64,000 nt of DNA from Pseudomonadota bacterium (GCA_021821945.1 JAJZTF010000003.1:67615-131614), one strand, 5' to 3'. Counted from the stretch's first letter, positions 53,383-62,652 are shown. Numbers and translations are program-made. The notes: generated from the letters alone by a model not told the origin.

Positions 53383-54821
53383 GGGCAGGCAGGGGTGGCC
53401 GCGGGGTTTCCCCTGACCACGGTCAGATCTTCTCTTATGCAATAAAGGATGTCGTTGAAAGTGCTGCTTTCGACATCCGACTGATAATTCTCGGTTCCGG
53501 ATGCGGAAGGATTTGCGATGTTGAGCGCATTGCTTCCCTCGAGATAATTCGAGACGATGCCGCGCTCAGGATCGGTCGGGCTGCTCGCGCGGATCTGTCC
53601 GGAAAGCTTCCGGTTCGCGAAGACGATCACTGCGGCATACTTGCCGGCATGGTTCACGGAGAGGCAATTCCCGCAGGGAGGCGTCGAACGGTTCGCAGGC
53701 CTGTATTCCTGGGAGAGGGCATAGAAGAGATGGTCCTTCCAGTTGTTCCACCAGGGGTAGTAAAGATAGGCCCAGCCGGAAGGGTCGGGGCAGTTGTTGG
53801 TGCAGATGCCGGCATTGCATGTGCCGCTCGTGAGCAGGAAATCGCTGGCGATCACATTGCCGGATGCGGTTCTGGAAGTGTTGACCCTGTATGGCGTGCG
53901 CCCGGAAAACAGATTGGCCGAGTCGTCGTAGTTCGCGTTTTCCGAATAGTCTGCCAGTGAAATGGGGGCGGGCCATGGAAGGCTCATGTTGGATGGATCG
54001 GGGACTCCGTCGATCGAATTCTTCGTGCCGTAGCCTGCGATGCATTCGGCAGTCTTCTTCGTCATCGCATCCAGGGTCGCAAGAAAATTCCTGCGTCTTT
54101 CGAGCGCATTCCATATATCCCGTTTCGTGATGAAGACCAGCCTGTCGCCGGTCAGGGTATGGTCCCCGATGCGGAAATCGCTGGTCGCGCCGGCAACGTT
54201 CGATACGGTCGCATTGTTGTATCCGGATGATGCATCGAGATAATTGCTGGCCGTGTAATTGCCCCCGCATATGGGAGCCGATGTGCCCGAGCGGTTCTGT
54301 CCTGGCAGCGCCATGCCGGGGGAAAATATCACCGCCACTGCCTGATTGTCCGCGGGCGTGAGCAGGACCCCGTCGGTATCGTATACCCTGATCTGCCCGT
54401 TGGTGTCCCAGTTCAACAATCCCGTCTTTGGGTTGTTCTTGTAGTTGCCCGAGACCGCATACCAGAGGCATTCCCCGTCGCTTCCGCGCAGCGGGCCGAT
54501 GTCCAGCGTGCGCCAGGGTAGTCTTCCGAGCTGGCTGACATCCTGGCTGCCGCAGGTCGGTTCTGCGCTGCCTTCCGGATTGCCGCCGGCCTGATCCGGG
54601 CATGGAAGATATCCGTGAACCTGACCTGCATGGGTATCACCATAGGTGATCGCATAGCCGATCAGCGCATCCTTGGCTTCCGCAAGCGCGTCATTCGTGA
54701 TGCTTTCCCTCATGGGCCTTCCGTCTTTCAGACCGCTTACAAAAACCATTGCAACCGCGCCCGTCAGCAGGGTGACGAATACCAGAAGGGCGATGCCATT
54801 TTGTCTCTTCTGCATCTTCAT
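53379..54821 (-). CDS. Large PilX_N-like (non-cleavable hydrophobic N-terminus) filament-associated protein with a YLPCPD module
   Basis: 480 aa. The N-terminus is MKMQKRQNGIALLVFVTLLTGAVAMVF. It shares about 120 aa of similarity with the 52645 ORF and is Cys-rich. Confidence 0.55.
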   Translation of the reverse strand: MKMQKRQNGIALLVFVTLLTGAVAMVFVSGLKDGRPMRESITNDALAEAKDALIGYAITYGDTHAGQVHGYLPCPDQAGGNPEGSAEPTCGSQDVSQLGRLPWRTLDIGPLRGSDGECLWYAVSGNYKNNPKTGLLNWDTNGQIRVYDTDGVLLTPADNQAVAVIFSPGMALPGQNRSGTSAPICGGNYTASNYLDASSGYNNATVSNVAGATSDFRIGDHTLTGDRLVFITKRDIWNALERRRNFLATLDAMTKKTAECIAGYGTKNSIDGVPDPSNMSLPWPAPISLADYSENANYDDSANLFSGRTPYRVNTSRTASGNVIASDFLLTSGTCNAGICTNNCPDPSGWAYLYYPWWNNWKDHLFYALSQEYRPANRSTPPCGNCLSVNHAGKYAAVIVFANRKLSGQIRASSPTDPERGIVSNYLEGSNALNIANPSASGTENYQSDVESSTFNDILYCIREDLTVVRGNPAATPACP

Positions 54822-55129
54822 GGTCTGTTCCGGGATTCTGGTTTGCCTTTAGGGACCTCCTTCGATTCCCCGGGCCTGATGATCACGCCATTCAGCAATA
54901 TGTGATCGCTGTAGATGCCAAGCGCGGGGAAGTCGGGATCATTGTCAAAAACCGCACGGCCGTTGATCCAGGCGACGCTTCTCCCTGCGCTGCGCTTGAC
55001 GATGCCTTCCAGCCTGTAGACTTCCACCGCCCTGCCTTGCAGCCTGCGTTCGGCAGGAGAATAGAACAACGTCCCCAGCGCGTGGGCCAGCGCCGGAATC
55101 ATGAGGCAGAGCAGCATCGCGTATCTCAT
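54818..55129 (-). CDS. Small periplasmic protein, PilP/MshK-like by position
   Basis: Internal Met of ORF 54818-55165 (MRYAMLLCLMIPALAHA signal peptide). It forms ATGA overlaps on both sides. Confidence 0.45.
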   Translation of the reverse strand: MRYAMLLCLMIPALAHALGTLFYSPAERRLQGRAVEVYRLEGIVKRSAGRSVAWINGRAVFDNDPDFPALGIYSDHILLNGVIIRPGESKEVPKGKPESRNRP

Positions 55130-55689
55130 GTCCTGCCCTGCATCGAGTAGAGCTGCAGGGTGCATCTGATCTCCAGATCCGTTTCCTGTTCCCGGACAAT
55201 CTGGCAGCCTTCAACGAGGTAGGGGATTTGCCAGTCAGCGGACAGCCTTTCCATGAAGTCCAGGAATTCCAGATCGTCCATTCCCGAAATTTCCATCGTC
55301 AGTTCATGGTAGAGGATGCGATGATTCCCCGGCCTTTCATCGACCGGTCGCCCGGGCAGCAGGGTGTATCTCAGGTTTGCCGGAAGACCGGTTTTTCGAT
55401 AGATGTCTTCGAGGCGCTGCATCCATTCGTTCCTGTCCGGCTCGCCCAGAAATCTCCTGAGCATCAGGTATCGCCCGTCCGGTTTTTCTGCAGCCTCGAG
55501 ATCCAGCCTGCTTCTTTGGTTTTCGGCGCGCATGGCAGAAAGGCGGCTTTCCATCTTCCGTATCTGGGCCATTCTTCTTTCGTGGTGGCCGTGCAGGATG
55601 AAGACGAAAAGGCAGGATGCGGCGATGGATGCGGCAAGCGCAATCAGCGCGGATTTCGATGCTTTCACAAGCTCAATGAGATCGTTCAT
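55126..55689 (-). CDS. PilO/MshJ-like bitopic alignment-complex protein
   Basis: Internal Met of ORF 55126-55734 (MNDLIELVK). It has one TM segment, a coiled coil and a C-terminal domain. Confidence 0.45.
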   Translation of the reverse strand: MNDLIELVKASKSALIALAASIAASCLFVFILHGHHERRMAQIRKMESRLSAMRAENQRSRLDLEAAEKPDGRYLMLRRFLGEPDRNEWMQRLEDIYRKTGLPANLRYTLLPGRPVDERPGNHRILYHELTMEISGMDDLEFLDFMERLSADWQIPYLVEGCQIVREQETDLEIRCTLQLYSMQGRT

Positions 55690-57032
55690 GGCCTGCTCGT
55701 CCGCAATGCGGCCCATGGAATGATCATGCACCACGGATCAGTGGTGCTGGCGGAACGGTATCCGTCCTGGATTGCACGCGTATGCGAGGCGGGGTCCTCG
55801 ATCAGGCGCAGAGACGGGTTCTGTCTGATGTTGTATGAAATGCGCTTCTGGATCTCGGCGATTCTTGAGGCCGGCGGCCTGTCCGTCAGCAGGATGGAAA
55901 ATTGCAATCCCAGTTGGCGTCCGTCTGCAGGCGGCAACGACTTCCCGCAATAGCCTTCGTTGGGCTTCAGAAGCTTGTAACTCAGGCTCCTTATGCGAAC
56001 CTCCCGCATGCCCGCGATGCAGCCTGCGACGAGATTGAAGACGGCGTCTATCGCGGGAGCGGCGTCGAATCCGGATGATGCGAATTCCTTGATTTCGCGT
56101 ATCAGCGCCGGGTCCGCGCCATTTTTTTCGATGCGTCTTGCAAGCTCTCCTTGCCTCGATGCTTCCTGCTGCACTTCCTTCTGCAGCAGGTTTTCCCTGG
56201 CAGCCATGCCGGACAGGTCGCGCATGTCGCGCTGCGAGACAAGGAGCACGGCCATGAGGCAGGTGCCGGCAGAAATGACGGCGGCCCTTTTAATCCGCAT
56301 GCCCACGTATCTGCTGCGGAATTTCATGGGGGCAAGCTGCCCCATGCTGGACGAGGAAGCCGTCTCGAACAGCGCGTGCAGATAGGATGCGTCGCCTTTT
56401 GGTTTCATCGCATCCGGCAGGGGCAGGACATCCGCCATTCCTTCCGGATCGCCAAGATACAAGACGGGGGGTGCCGGCTCCTGCCCAAAGGTCTGATGAT
56501 TCTCGAGATGCAGCAGGGTGAGCCGGATCTCCTCGGCGGGGCTTCCGTTGTAGCGATGTATGCAGCGGGTGACGACGGGTGTGCCGTGCCTGATGACCAG
56601 GATGCGCAGATGTTGGCGGCCTGGGTAAACGAGCATGACGTTTTCCATGCGTTGTCTTCGCATGGCGGCAGCCAGCAGCATGAACATGCCCCATACGCCA
56701 GCGACAGGATTTGCCAGCCTTTCGAGTTCGCTGCCGATCGCATCGTCTGTGTCGAATCCGGTCAGCAGCGCGGTCTTGCCGAACAAGCCGTCTGGAACGG
56801 CAGCCCGGAAGCGGCTGTTCGGAAATGCCTGATTCAGCCTTCGCCGCATGAGGTGAGCCCTGTCCGGACCAAAAGATACCGGAAGGGCTATGCTTTGGAG
56901 GGATTCCTCGGGAAGATCGGCGATGACCAGGAGGATTTCGCGTTCATCCGGCTTTCCGGCTTCTTGCCACTGGCCGCGTTGTCGCCTGAAATACCGGATG
57001 CCGGAAGAGTCGATGAGCAGAATGGTCTTCAT
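55686..57032 (-). CDS. PilM-PilN fusion-like (MshI-like) assembly protein
   Basis: 448 aa. A cytoplasmic N-domain (MKTILLIDSSGIRYF) is followed by a TM segment near residue 260, a coiled coil and a periplasmic domain. Confidence 0.45.
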   Translation of the reverse strand: MKTILLIDSSGIRYFRRQRGQWQEAGKPDEREILLVIADLPEESLQSIALPVSFGPDRAHLMRRRLNQAFPNSRFRAAVPDGLFGKTALLTGFDTDDAIGSELERLANPVAGVWGMFMLLAAAMRRQRMENVMLVYPGRQHLRILVIRHGTPVVTRCIHRYNGSPAEEIRLTLLHLENHQTFGQEPAPPVLYLGDPEGMADVLPLPDAMKPKGDASYLHALFETASSSSMGQLAPMKFRSRYVGMRIKRAAVISAGTCLMAVLLVSQRDMRDLSGMAARENLLQKEVQQEASRQGELARRIEKNGADPALIREIKEFASSGFDAAPAIDAVFNLVAGCIAGMREVRIRSLSYKLLKPNEGYCGKSLPPADGRQLGLQFSILLTDRPPASRIAEIQKRISYNIRQNPSLRLIEDPASHTRAIQDGYRSASTTDPWCMIIPWAALRTSRP

Positions 57033-58225
57033 GTCAGTCTGATCCTCGATACCGTGTCGTAAATCGGGCCCAGCACCGCCGTCATGATCCAGCCCAGCAG
57101 AATGCCGAGCACCACGGTGAGTGCAGGCTCTATCAGGGATTGCATGCGGGCGATGGAATCGTTGATGTCCCGGTTGTAGAAATAGGAGATGTTCTTGAGC
57201 GCCCCTGAGAGATCCCCCGTCTCCTCTCCGGTCTTGATCATGCGTATGATCAGCGCGGGAAAAAGCTTCTGCTCGGCGAATCCGCGACTGATGGGCGCCC
57301 CGTTGGCGATCGCGGTCCTGGCATGATCTATGGCCTCCTTAATGATCAGATTGCCGGTGACGTCGCTGCAGTAGACCAGACCGTCGAGCAGGGGTATGCC
57401 TGTCTTGTAGGTGAGCCCCAGCGTGTCTCCTGCCCGTGCGAGCATGATCTTCTTGATGATGGGGCCGATGAAGGGAAGGCCGAGCAGGGCTGCATGCACC
57501 ATGCGCCTTGCTCGCTGATTGCTCCTTGCAAGCAGGGAAAGCAGGATGAGCATGGCAGCAGCGGTCGGCAGGATGAACCAGACATATCTTGCGAACGCGC
57601 CGGATATCGAGATCAGCAGCCTCGTCTGCAGCGGGATGGCTCCTCCCATGTTCTCGACGAAGCCTACAATCTGCGGGACGAGATAGGTCATCAGGAATAT
57701 CACGACGATGCTCACCACGAGCGTGACAAATGCCGGATAAATAAGGAGCTGGCGGGTCCTGGCCAGAAGCTCGTCCTGCCATTTCAGAGATCTGACGATT
57801 TCCGCCAGCACGTCGGGCAGCTGGCCTGTCGCTTCTCCCGCTTTCACGAGATTGATCACCAGTTCCGGAAAGGCGCCCGGGTTGGCCGCGAGCGCTTCTG
57901 AAAGCGTCGATCCGGAATCGATCTTCTCGTGAAGGCTTGCGCAAAGATTCCGTATCCTGGCGGTCTCCGTGGTGTCGCGCAGATCGGCCAGTATGGAAAG
58001 TATCGGCACGCCCGCCCTCAGCAGCATCTCGAGTTCGAAAAGCAGTTCTATCAGCTCGCGGCGCGCAATTCTGTGCAGGGTGCTGCGCTTGGTTTCCTGC
58101 GAGCGTATCAGTTCAAGGTTTATCTTCCCGAGCTGGGCGGCGAGATCCTGTTCGTTGAGCGCATTGCTCTCCCCTTTGGATATTTTTCCAGAGGCATCGA
58201 TTGCGCGATAGCGGTAGAGAGGCAT
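57029..58225 (-). CDS. Type II secretion / type IV pilus platform protein (GspF/PilC/MshG family)
   Basis: 398 aa with duplicated T2SSF domains and three TM segments. Confidence 0.85.
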   Translation of the reverse strand: MPLYRYRAIDASGKISKGESNALNEQDLAAQLGKINLELIRSQETKRSTLHRIARRELIELLFELEMLLRAGVPILSILADLRDTTETARIRNLCASLHEKIDSGSTLSEALAANPGAFPELVINLVKAGEATGQLPDVLAEIVRSLKWQDELLARTRQLLIYPAFVTLVVSIVVIFLMTYLVPQIVGFVENMGGAIPLQTRLLISISGAFARYVWFILPTAAAMLILLSLLARSNQRARRMVHAALLGLPFIGPIIKKIMLARAGDTLGLTYKTGIPLLDGLVYCSDVTGNLIIKEAIDHARTAIANGAPISRGFAEQKLFPALIIRMIKTGEETGDLSGALKNISYFYNRDINDSIARMQSLIEPALTVVLGILLGWIMTAVLGPIYDTVSRIRLT

Positions 58226-59931
58226 TATTCCGCCAGCCTTTCGCTGAAATCGACCACGCGCCTGACCTCGTCAAGCGAGGTGATGCCTTCCTTCACCCGC
58301 CGCATGCCGTCGTCGCAGAGCGGAATGAACTGGTGGGCCAGCGCGTATTCGGTGAGCTCCTTGAGGCCGGCGCGTCTTGCGACAAGCTCGGTCAGTCCCT
58401 GGTCAAAGCGCAGGATCTCCATGATCGCAAGCCTGCCCTTGTATCCCTGATGGTCGCATTTTGCACAGCCTCCCGGGCGAAATAGCGTGACATCCCCTCC
58501 CCTGAGCCTGCGCTCTGTCCCGTCAGGTTCGTGGATTTTCTTGCAAAGCGGACAGAGTTTGCGCACCAGCCGCTGTGCGATGATGCCGATCAGGTTGTCT
58601 GCAAACATGCTCTCCAGCATGCCAAGATCATGAAGCCTCGCGATCGACCCCAGCGCCGAGTTGGTGTGCAGCGTGGAAAAGACCTGATGACCGGTCATGG
58701 CCGCGCGCAGCGCCATCTCGGCCGTGTCGCGGTCGCGGATTTCTCCGACCAGTATGATGTCGGGATCCTGGCGCATCAGCGACCTTATCCCGCTGGAAAA
58801 ATCCAGCTTCACGATCTCGGCAATCGAAGTCTGTCTCGCAAGCGGCAGCGGGTATTCGACGGGATCCTCGAGCGTCATGATGTTCACGGTGTCTTTGTTG
58901 AGGAAATTGAGTATCGAATAGAGCGTGGTGGTCTTCCCGGATCCCGTGGGGCCTGTCACCAGCAATATGCCTTCCGGCCTTTGCAGCATGCGCTCGAGCA
59001 GGGAAAGCTGCATGGGAGTCATTCCCAGCTTGTCCAGATTCACGATGCCTGCCTTGCGGTCCAGTATGCGAAGCACGAAATTCTCACCGTGCATGGTGGG
59101 GTGGGAAGCTGCGCGAAAATCGATCTGGCGGCCGAACAGTGAAATGGAAAACCGCCCGTCCTGGGGCGCGCGCGTCTCGGCGATGTTCATGCCGGACAGC
59201 ACCTTCAGGCGCACCAGAAGGGCCGCCCAGTTGGATTTTGCAAGAGACCTCACGGGTCGCAATACGCCGTCTATGCGGTAGCGCACGCGCAGGAACTGCT
59301 CTTCTGGCTCGAAGTGGATGTCGGATGAGCCGCTGCTCACTGCGTCCGAGAGCAGCGCATCGGTAAGCCTCACGATGGGGTGGCTGTATGAGGCGCCTGT
59401 CTGGGTCAGCGCATTGAAATCGAATTCCCCGTTCTCGAGTTCGGAGAGTATCCCTTCTATGGAGAGCTCGTGGTCATAAAACCTGTCTATCGCCGCCAGC
59501 ACCTCTGCGCTGGGCGAGATGCGCCATTCGCAGCCTATGCGCTGCCCTGCAACCCCGCTTGCCTCAGCAAGAAAGGCGGAGGCGGCATCCCGGGTCCGGA
59601 TGTCGTCCGGATTTGCCGCGGCGATCACGAGATTTCCGCTCGCCGCATCGAAACTGACCGGGAAGATGGCATGGCGGATCGCGACTGGCTTCGGGATCAG
59701 AGACAGTGCGGTCGCATCTGCCACGAATCCCGAGAGATCCACGGCCTTGTACCCCGCCGCTTGGGACACCGCCTCGCGCATGGCCTGTTCGGTGATGAAA
59801 TGCAGGGCAAGCAATTCTTCACCCAGGGGCCTCCCGTCTTCCTTCTGCCGCTTGAGTGCGATGTGCAGCTGATCGTCGGTGATCTGACCGCGCGCCTTCA
59901 GCACTTCTCCGATGCGCGGGCGAGGGTTCAT
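58225..59931 (-). CDS. GspE/PilB/MshE-family assembly ATPase with an MshEN-type N-terminal domain
   Basis: 568 aa. It has Walker A GPTGSGKTTT, Asp and His boxes, a tetracysteine motif (CPLC...CAKC) and the N-terminal RIGEVLKARGQITDDQLHIALKRQ. Confidence 0.9.
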   Translation of the reverse strand: MNPRPRIGEVLKARGQITDDQLHIALKRQKEDGRPLGEELLALHFITEQAMREAVSQAAGYKAVDLSGFVADATALSLIPKPVAIRHAIFPVSFDAASGNLVIAAANPDDIRTRDAASAFLAEASGVAGQRIGCEWRISPSAEVLAAIDRFYDHELSIEGILSELENGEFDFNALTQTGASYSHPIVRLTDALLSDAVSSGSSDIHFEPEEQFLRVRYRIDGVLRPVRSLAKSNWAALLVRLKVLSGMNIAETRAPQDGRFSISLFGRQIDFRAASHPTMHGENFVLRILDRKAGIVNLDKLGMTPMQLSLLERMLQRPEGILLVTGPTGSGKTTTLYSILNFLNKDTVNIMTLEDPVEYPLPLARQTSIAEIVKLDFSSGIRSLMRQDPDIILVGEIRDRDTAEMALRAAMTGHQVFSTLHTNSALGSIARLHDLGMLESMFADNLIGIIAQRLVRKLCPLCKKIHEPDGTERRLRGGDVTLFRPGGCAKCDHQGYKGRLAIMEILRFDQGLTELVARRAGLKELTEYALAHQFIPLCDDGMRRVKEGITSLDEVRRVVDFSERLAE

Positions 59932-60614
59932 CGCTTCGCTTCCCCGGATCCGTTTATCTCCCTTATCCGCCGCCTGACCGGATGGGGATCGAAAAGCCCG
60001 GGGGCCTGCATGGACAGGCTGAGCGATTTCTCGTAATAGGGGAGGGCTTCATCTGGCCTGTGCAGGCGGTCCAGCGATACGGCGAGGTTGTATGCATAAA
60101 GCGCATTGTCCGGTGCAAGCGTGTGGGCGATGAGGTAGGCATGTTCCGCTTCCCCCATGCGAAATTCAAATGCCAATGCATTTCCCAGGGCATATTGCAG
60201 TTCGGGTGATGAAGGCTGGATGTCGAGCAGCTCCTTCAATTCGCTTTCCGCGCCTGCCGGGTCTGCGGGAATGGAAAGGCCGATGAGGCCCGCGGCGGCC
60301 GCCGCATTCCCCATGTCCTCGTTCAATACCTGTCTGTAGTACCTCGCAGCCTGGTCTGGCTGATGCTTGCGCTGGGAGATCACGGCCAGCCCCAGGAGCG
60401 CGTCGATTTCGTGGGGGCGCTCCTTCAGGACCTGTCTGTATTCGGTCTCGGCTGCATCCAGCATTCCGCCTGAAAGGTCGCGGTAGGCTGCCAGGAGTTT
60501 CTGCGCCCCATTCATGGGAGGGCTGCCGGGCGGATGCCAGCCGCTTGCGGCTGCGCCTTGCTGCAGACAGCACGCCAGGAAAACAAGGAAACTGGCTCTT
60601 GCAGGCAAGCTCAT
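59928..60614 (-). CDS. TPR lipoprotein (PilF/PilW/MshN-like pilotin candidate)
   Basis: 228 aa. It has a signal peptide with the FLAC lipobox and several TPR repeats. Confidence 0.6.
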   Translation of the reverse strand: MSLPARASFLVFLACCLQQGAAASGWHPPGSPPMNGAQKLLAAYRDLSGGMLDAAETEYRQVLKERPHEIDALLGLAVISQRKHQPDQAARYYRQVLNEDMGNAAAAAGLIGLSIPADPAGAESELKELLDIQPSSPELQYALGNALAFEFRMGEAEHAYLIAHTLAPDNALYAYNLAVSLDRLHRPDEALPYYEKSLSLSMQAPGLFDPHPVRRRIREINGSGEAKR

Positions 60615-62377
60615 TGCATTTCCCCGCTGCCTTCCCGCCTGTCTTCGACCACGTTCCTGAAATTCCTGACCAGTTCATACTGGCTGTCCTGGTTGAGTAT
60701 CAGCGGGCGCAGGAATATGACCAGTTCGGTCTTGCGATTCGTGTCGTTGCGTGCCCTGAACAATTCGCCGGCTCCTGGAATCCTGCTGATGCCGGGTATC
60801 TGCCCGGTGTTGCCTGTGCTTGTGTCCTGCATCAGGCCGCCCAGCACCGCGATGTCTCCGTCGTGAACGGACAGGATGGATTCCATTTCCCGCGTCTGTA
60901 TCTCGGGGATGAGATTGGAGACGGACAGGGAGGGATTGACGGGGTTGATGAGCGCGGGATTGGGATCCGGCACATAGCCCAGGATGCGCGTGATCGTGGG
61001 CCTCAGGTTGAGCGTGACTTCCTGATCCTTCCCCACTTCAGGCGTGACATACATCATGAAACCGATGGGAACCGTGTGTATCGTCGAAGTGTAGGTGGGC
61101 GAGGTGAGCAGGGCGCCCGCCGTGCTGTAGGAACCCTGGGTGACATCGATCGTGAAGTAGACCAGTTCGTCCACCACCTTGAGCAGGCTGGTCTGATTGT
61201 TGAGCACGGAAAGCGTGGGGCTGGAAAGCACATGGGTCTTCCCGAAGTTTTCCAGCAGCTGTATCGAGCCATTGAGGCTGAAGCTTCCCGGCTTTCCCGG
61301 GTTCGCATAGCTGATGGTGCCGAGCGCGGTGACCGGGGACGATGGCGGCGGGACTGTGGATGTCTGCTGCAGGCTAAGACCCAGGGCACGCAGGAGGGAC
61401 CAGTTGATGCCCTGCTGGTACTGGTCGGACAATTCGACTTCGACGATGGTCGCTTCGATGAAAACCTGGCGGCGCGCATTGCCCATCACCTTGTCGATGA
61501 ACCTGCGAACGGCCCTGTGCTGGCGCGAAGTGGCGCGCACGCTGATGATGCCGGCCTCGGGATTGGCAATGACCGAAGCAGCCTCGCGGTAGGTCACGCG
61601 GCGGTCGCGCCTGGTGTTCTGGCTCTGGATCTGTGCGGGCGGAGGGGTGGCCGACTTCTTCCTTGGCTCCGCGCCCAGCTGGGTGATCTGCTGCTGGTTG
61701 CTCTGTTCCGAGACGGTCTCGCTCGATCCTTCCGGAAGCTTCTTGTCGGTCTCCCTCAAAAGGTCCTTGATGTTCTCGGTCAGCGTTTTCCAGAAGTCGT
61801 TGTTCGACAGGTTCGCGATTGCGGAATTCGCGCCGTTGCTGCCGGCTGCAGCGCCTTCGCTCTTGCCTATCACCGCGATGTTGGTGGACATGTTGATGTT
61901 GTTTCTGGCATCCCTGGATACGTTGGGATATTCGATCTGGTAGGCCTTGAGGTAGGGAGTGTCCGGCATGATAGAAAGATTCCTGCCGTTGAACTCGTAG
62001 CGCATGTCCACCTGCCGGGAAATCGCATCGAGTATTTCGGGCAGCGTGCAGTCGACCATGTTCATCGTCACGGTCCCGGTGATGCCAGGATGGATCTCTA
62101 TGTTGAGTTTCGCATCACGGGCCAGTGCAAAAAGCATCTCCTGTGCGGGCACGCTGTTCACGACCACGTTGTAGCGCTCGGCATTCGGCCTTGCGGAAGG
62201 GGGAGGAGGAAGCGGGGGCACGCCTGCAAGGGGCGGGATGTCTGGTGATGATGGTGCCGCATCCGGTGTTATGTGCTGCGCGGAAACGGGGATGGGTTCT
62301 GGAAGATCCGTGCAGCCGGCGAGGGCCAGGCATGGCAAGGCGGCACAGAGCCAGTTTCTTTCAAAGAACATGATCAC
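60611..62377 (-). CDS. Secretin (MshL/PilQ/GspD family), lipoprotein type
   Basis: 588 aa. It has the lipobox LALAGC, a Pro-rich linker and the C-terminal secretin core (GGLMQDT...IPGISRIPGAGELFR...ELVIFLRP). Confidence 0.85.
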   Translation of the reverse strand: MIMFFERNWLCAALPCLALAGCTDLPEPIPVSAQHITPDAAPSSPDIPPLAGVPPLPPPPSARPNAERYNVVVNSVPAQEMLFALARDAKLNIEIHPGITGTVTMNMVDCTLPEILDAISRQVDMRYEFNGRNLSIMPDTPYLKAYQIEYPNVSRDARNNINMSTNIAVIGKSEGAAAGSNGANSAIANLSNNDFWKTLTENIKDLLRETDKKLPEGSSETVSEQSNQQQITQLGAEPRKKSATPPPAQIQSQNTRRDRRVTYREAASVIANPEAGIISVRATSRQHRAVRRFIDKVMGNARRQVFIEATIVEVELSDQYQQGINWSLLRALGLSLQQTSTVPPPSSPVTALGTISYANPGKPGSFSLNGSIQLLENFGKTHVLSSPTLSVLNNQTSLLKVVDELVYFTIDVTQGSYSTAGALLTSPTYTSTIHTVPIGFMMYVTPEVGKDQEVTLNLRPTITRILGYVPDPNPALINPVNPSLSVSNLIPEIQTREMESILSVHDGDIAVLGGLMQDTSTGNTGQIPGISRIPGAGELFRARNDTNRKTELVIFLRPLILNQDSQYELVRNFRNVVEDRREGSGEMQ

Positions 62378-62652
62378 TCCCTCTGCAAACGTGCAGATTC
62401 CAAAGTTTATGAAATTGGGGTATTGCCGGAAGTGCGAGCCTGCGATGATGACGCGGGCTTTCTGATGGAGCTCATGGATTCAGTTTTTCATTTTGGACTT
62501 TCAGGGTCAATATGCCGGAATGCATAGGCAATCGGTCTGGCTGCAATTGAAAGCGGCGAGGGTTCGTGGTAGCTTAGCCGGGCGTTGACTGTGAACTTTT
62601 GTGGTGCGGCTGCGTCTATTCCGTCGCAGTCCGTCAAGTGAGGAATACTTAA

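Noticed and set aside
60545-62248. 567-aa plus-strand ORF antisense to the secretin gene. There are similar long antisense ORFs at 28321-30033, 35725-37287, 41797-43137, 15123-16340, 24632-25903, 25476-26486, 32739-33953, 8134-9270 and 45153-46040.
   Set aside because: All lie opposite genes with strong family signatures. They have Arg/Gly/His-rich, low-complexity translations and no start context. I treat them as GC-driven open frames, not genes.
62382-62396. TGCAAACGTGCAGA upstream of the secretin gene, whose reverse complement resembles the TGCAC and TTGCA halves of a sigma-54 promoter
   Set aside because: The two halves are only 1-2 nt apart instead of about 5, so the -24/-12 geometry is wrong. 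I could not call any promoter for the filament operon.
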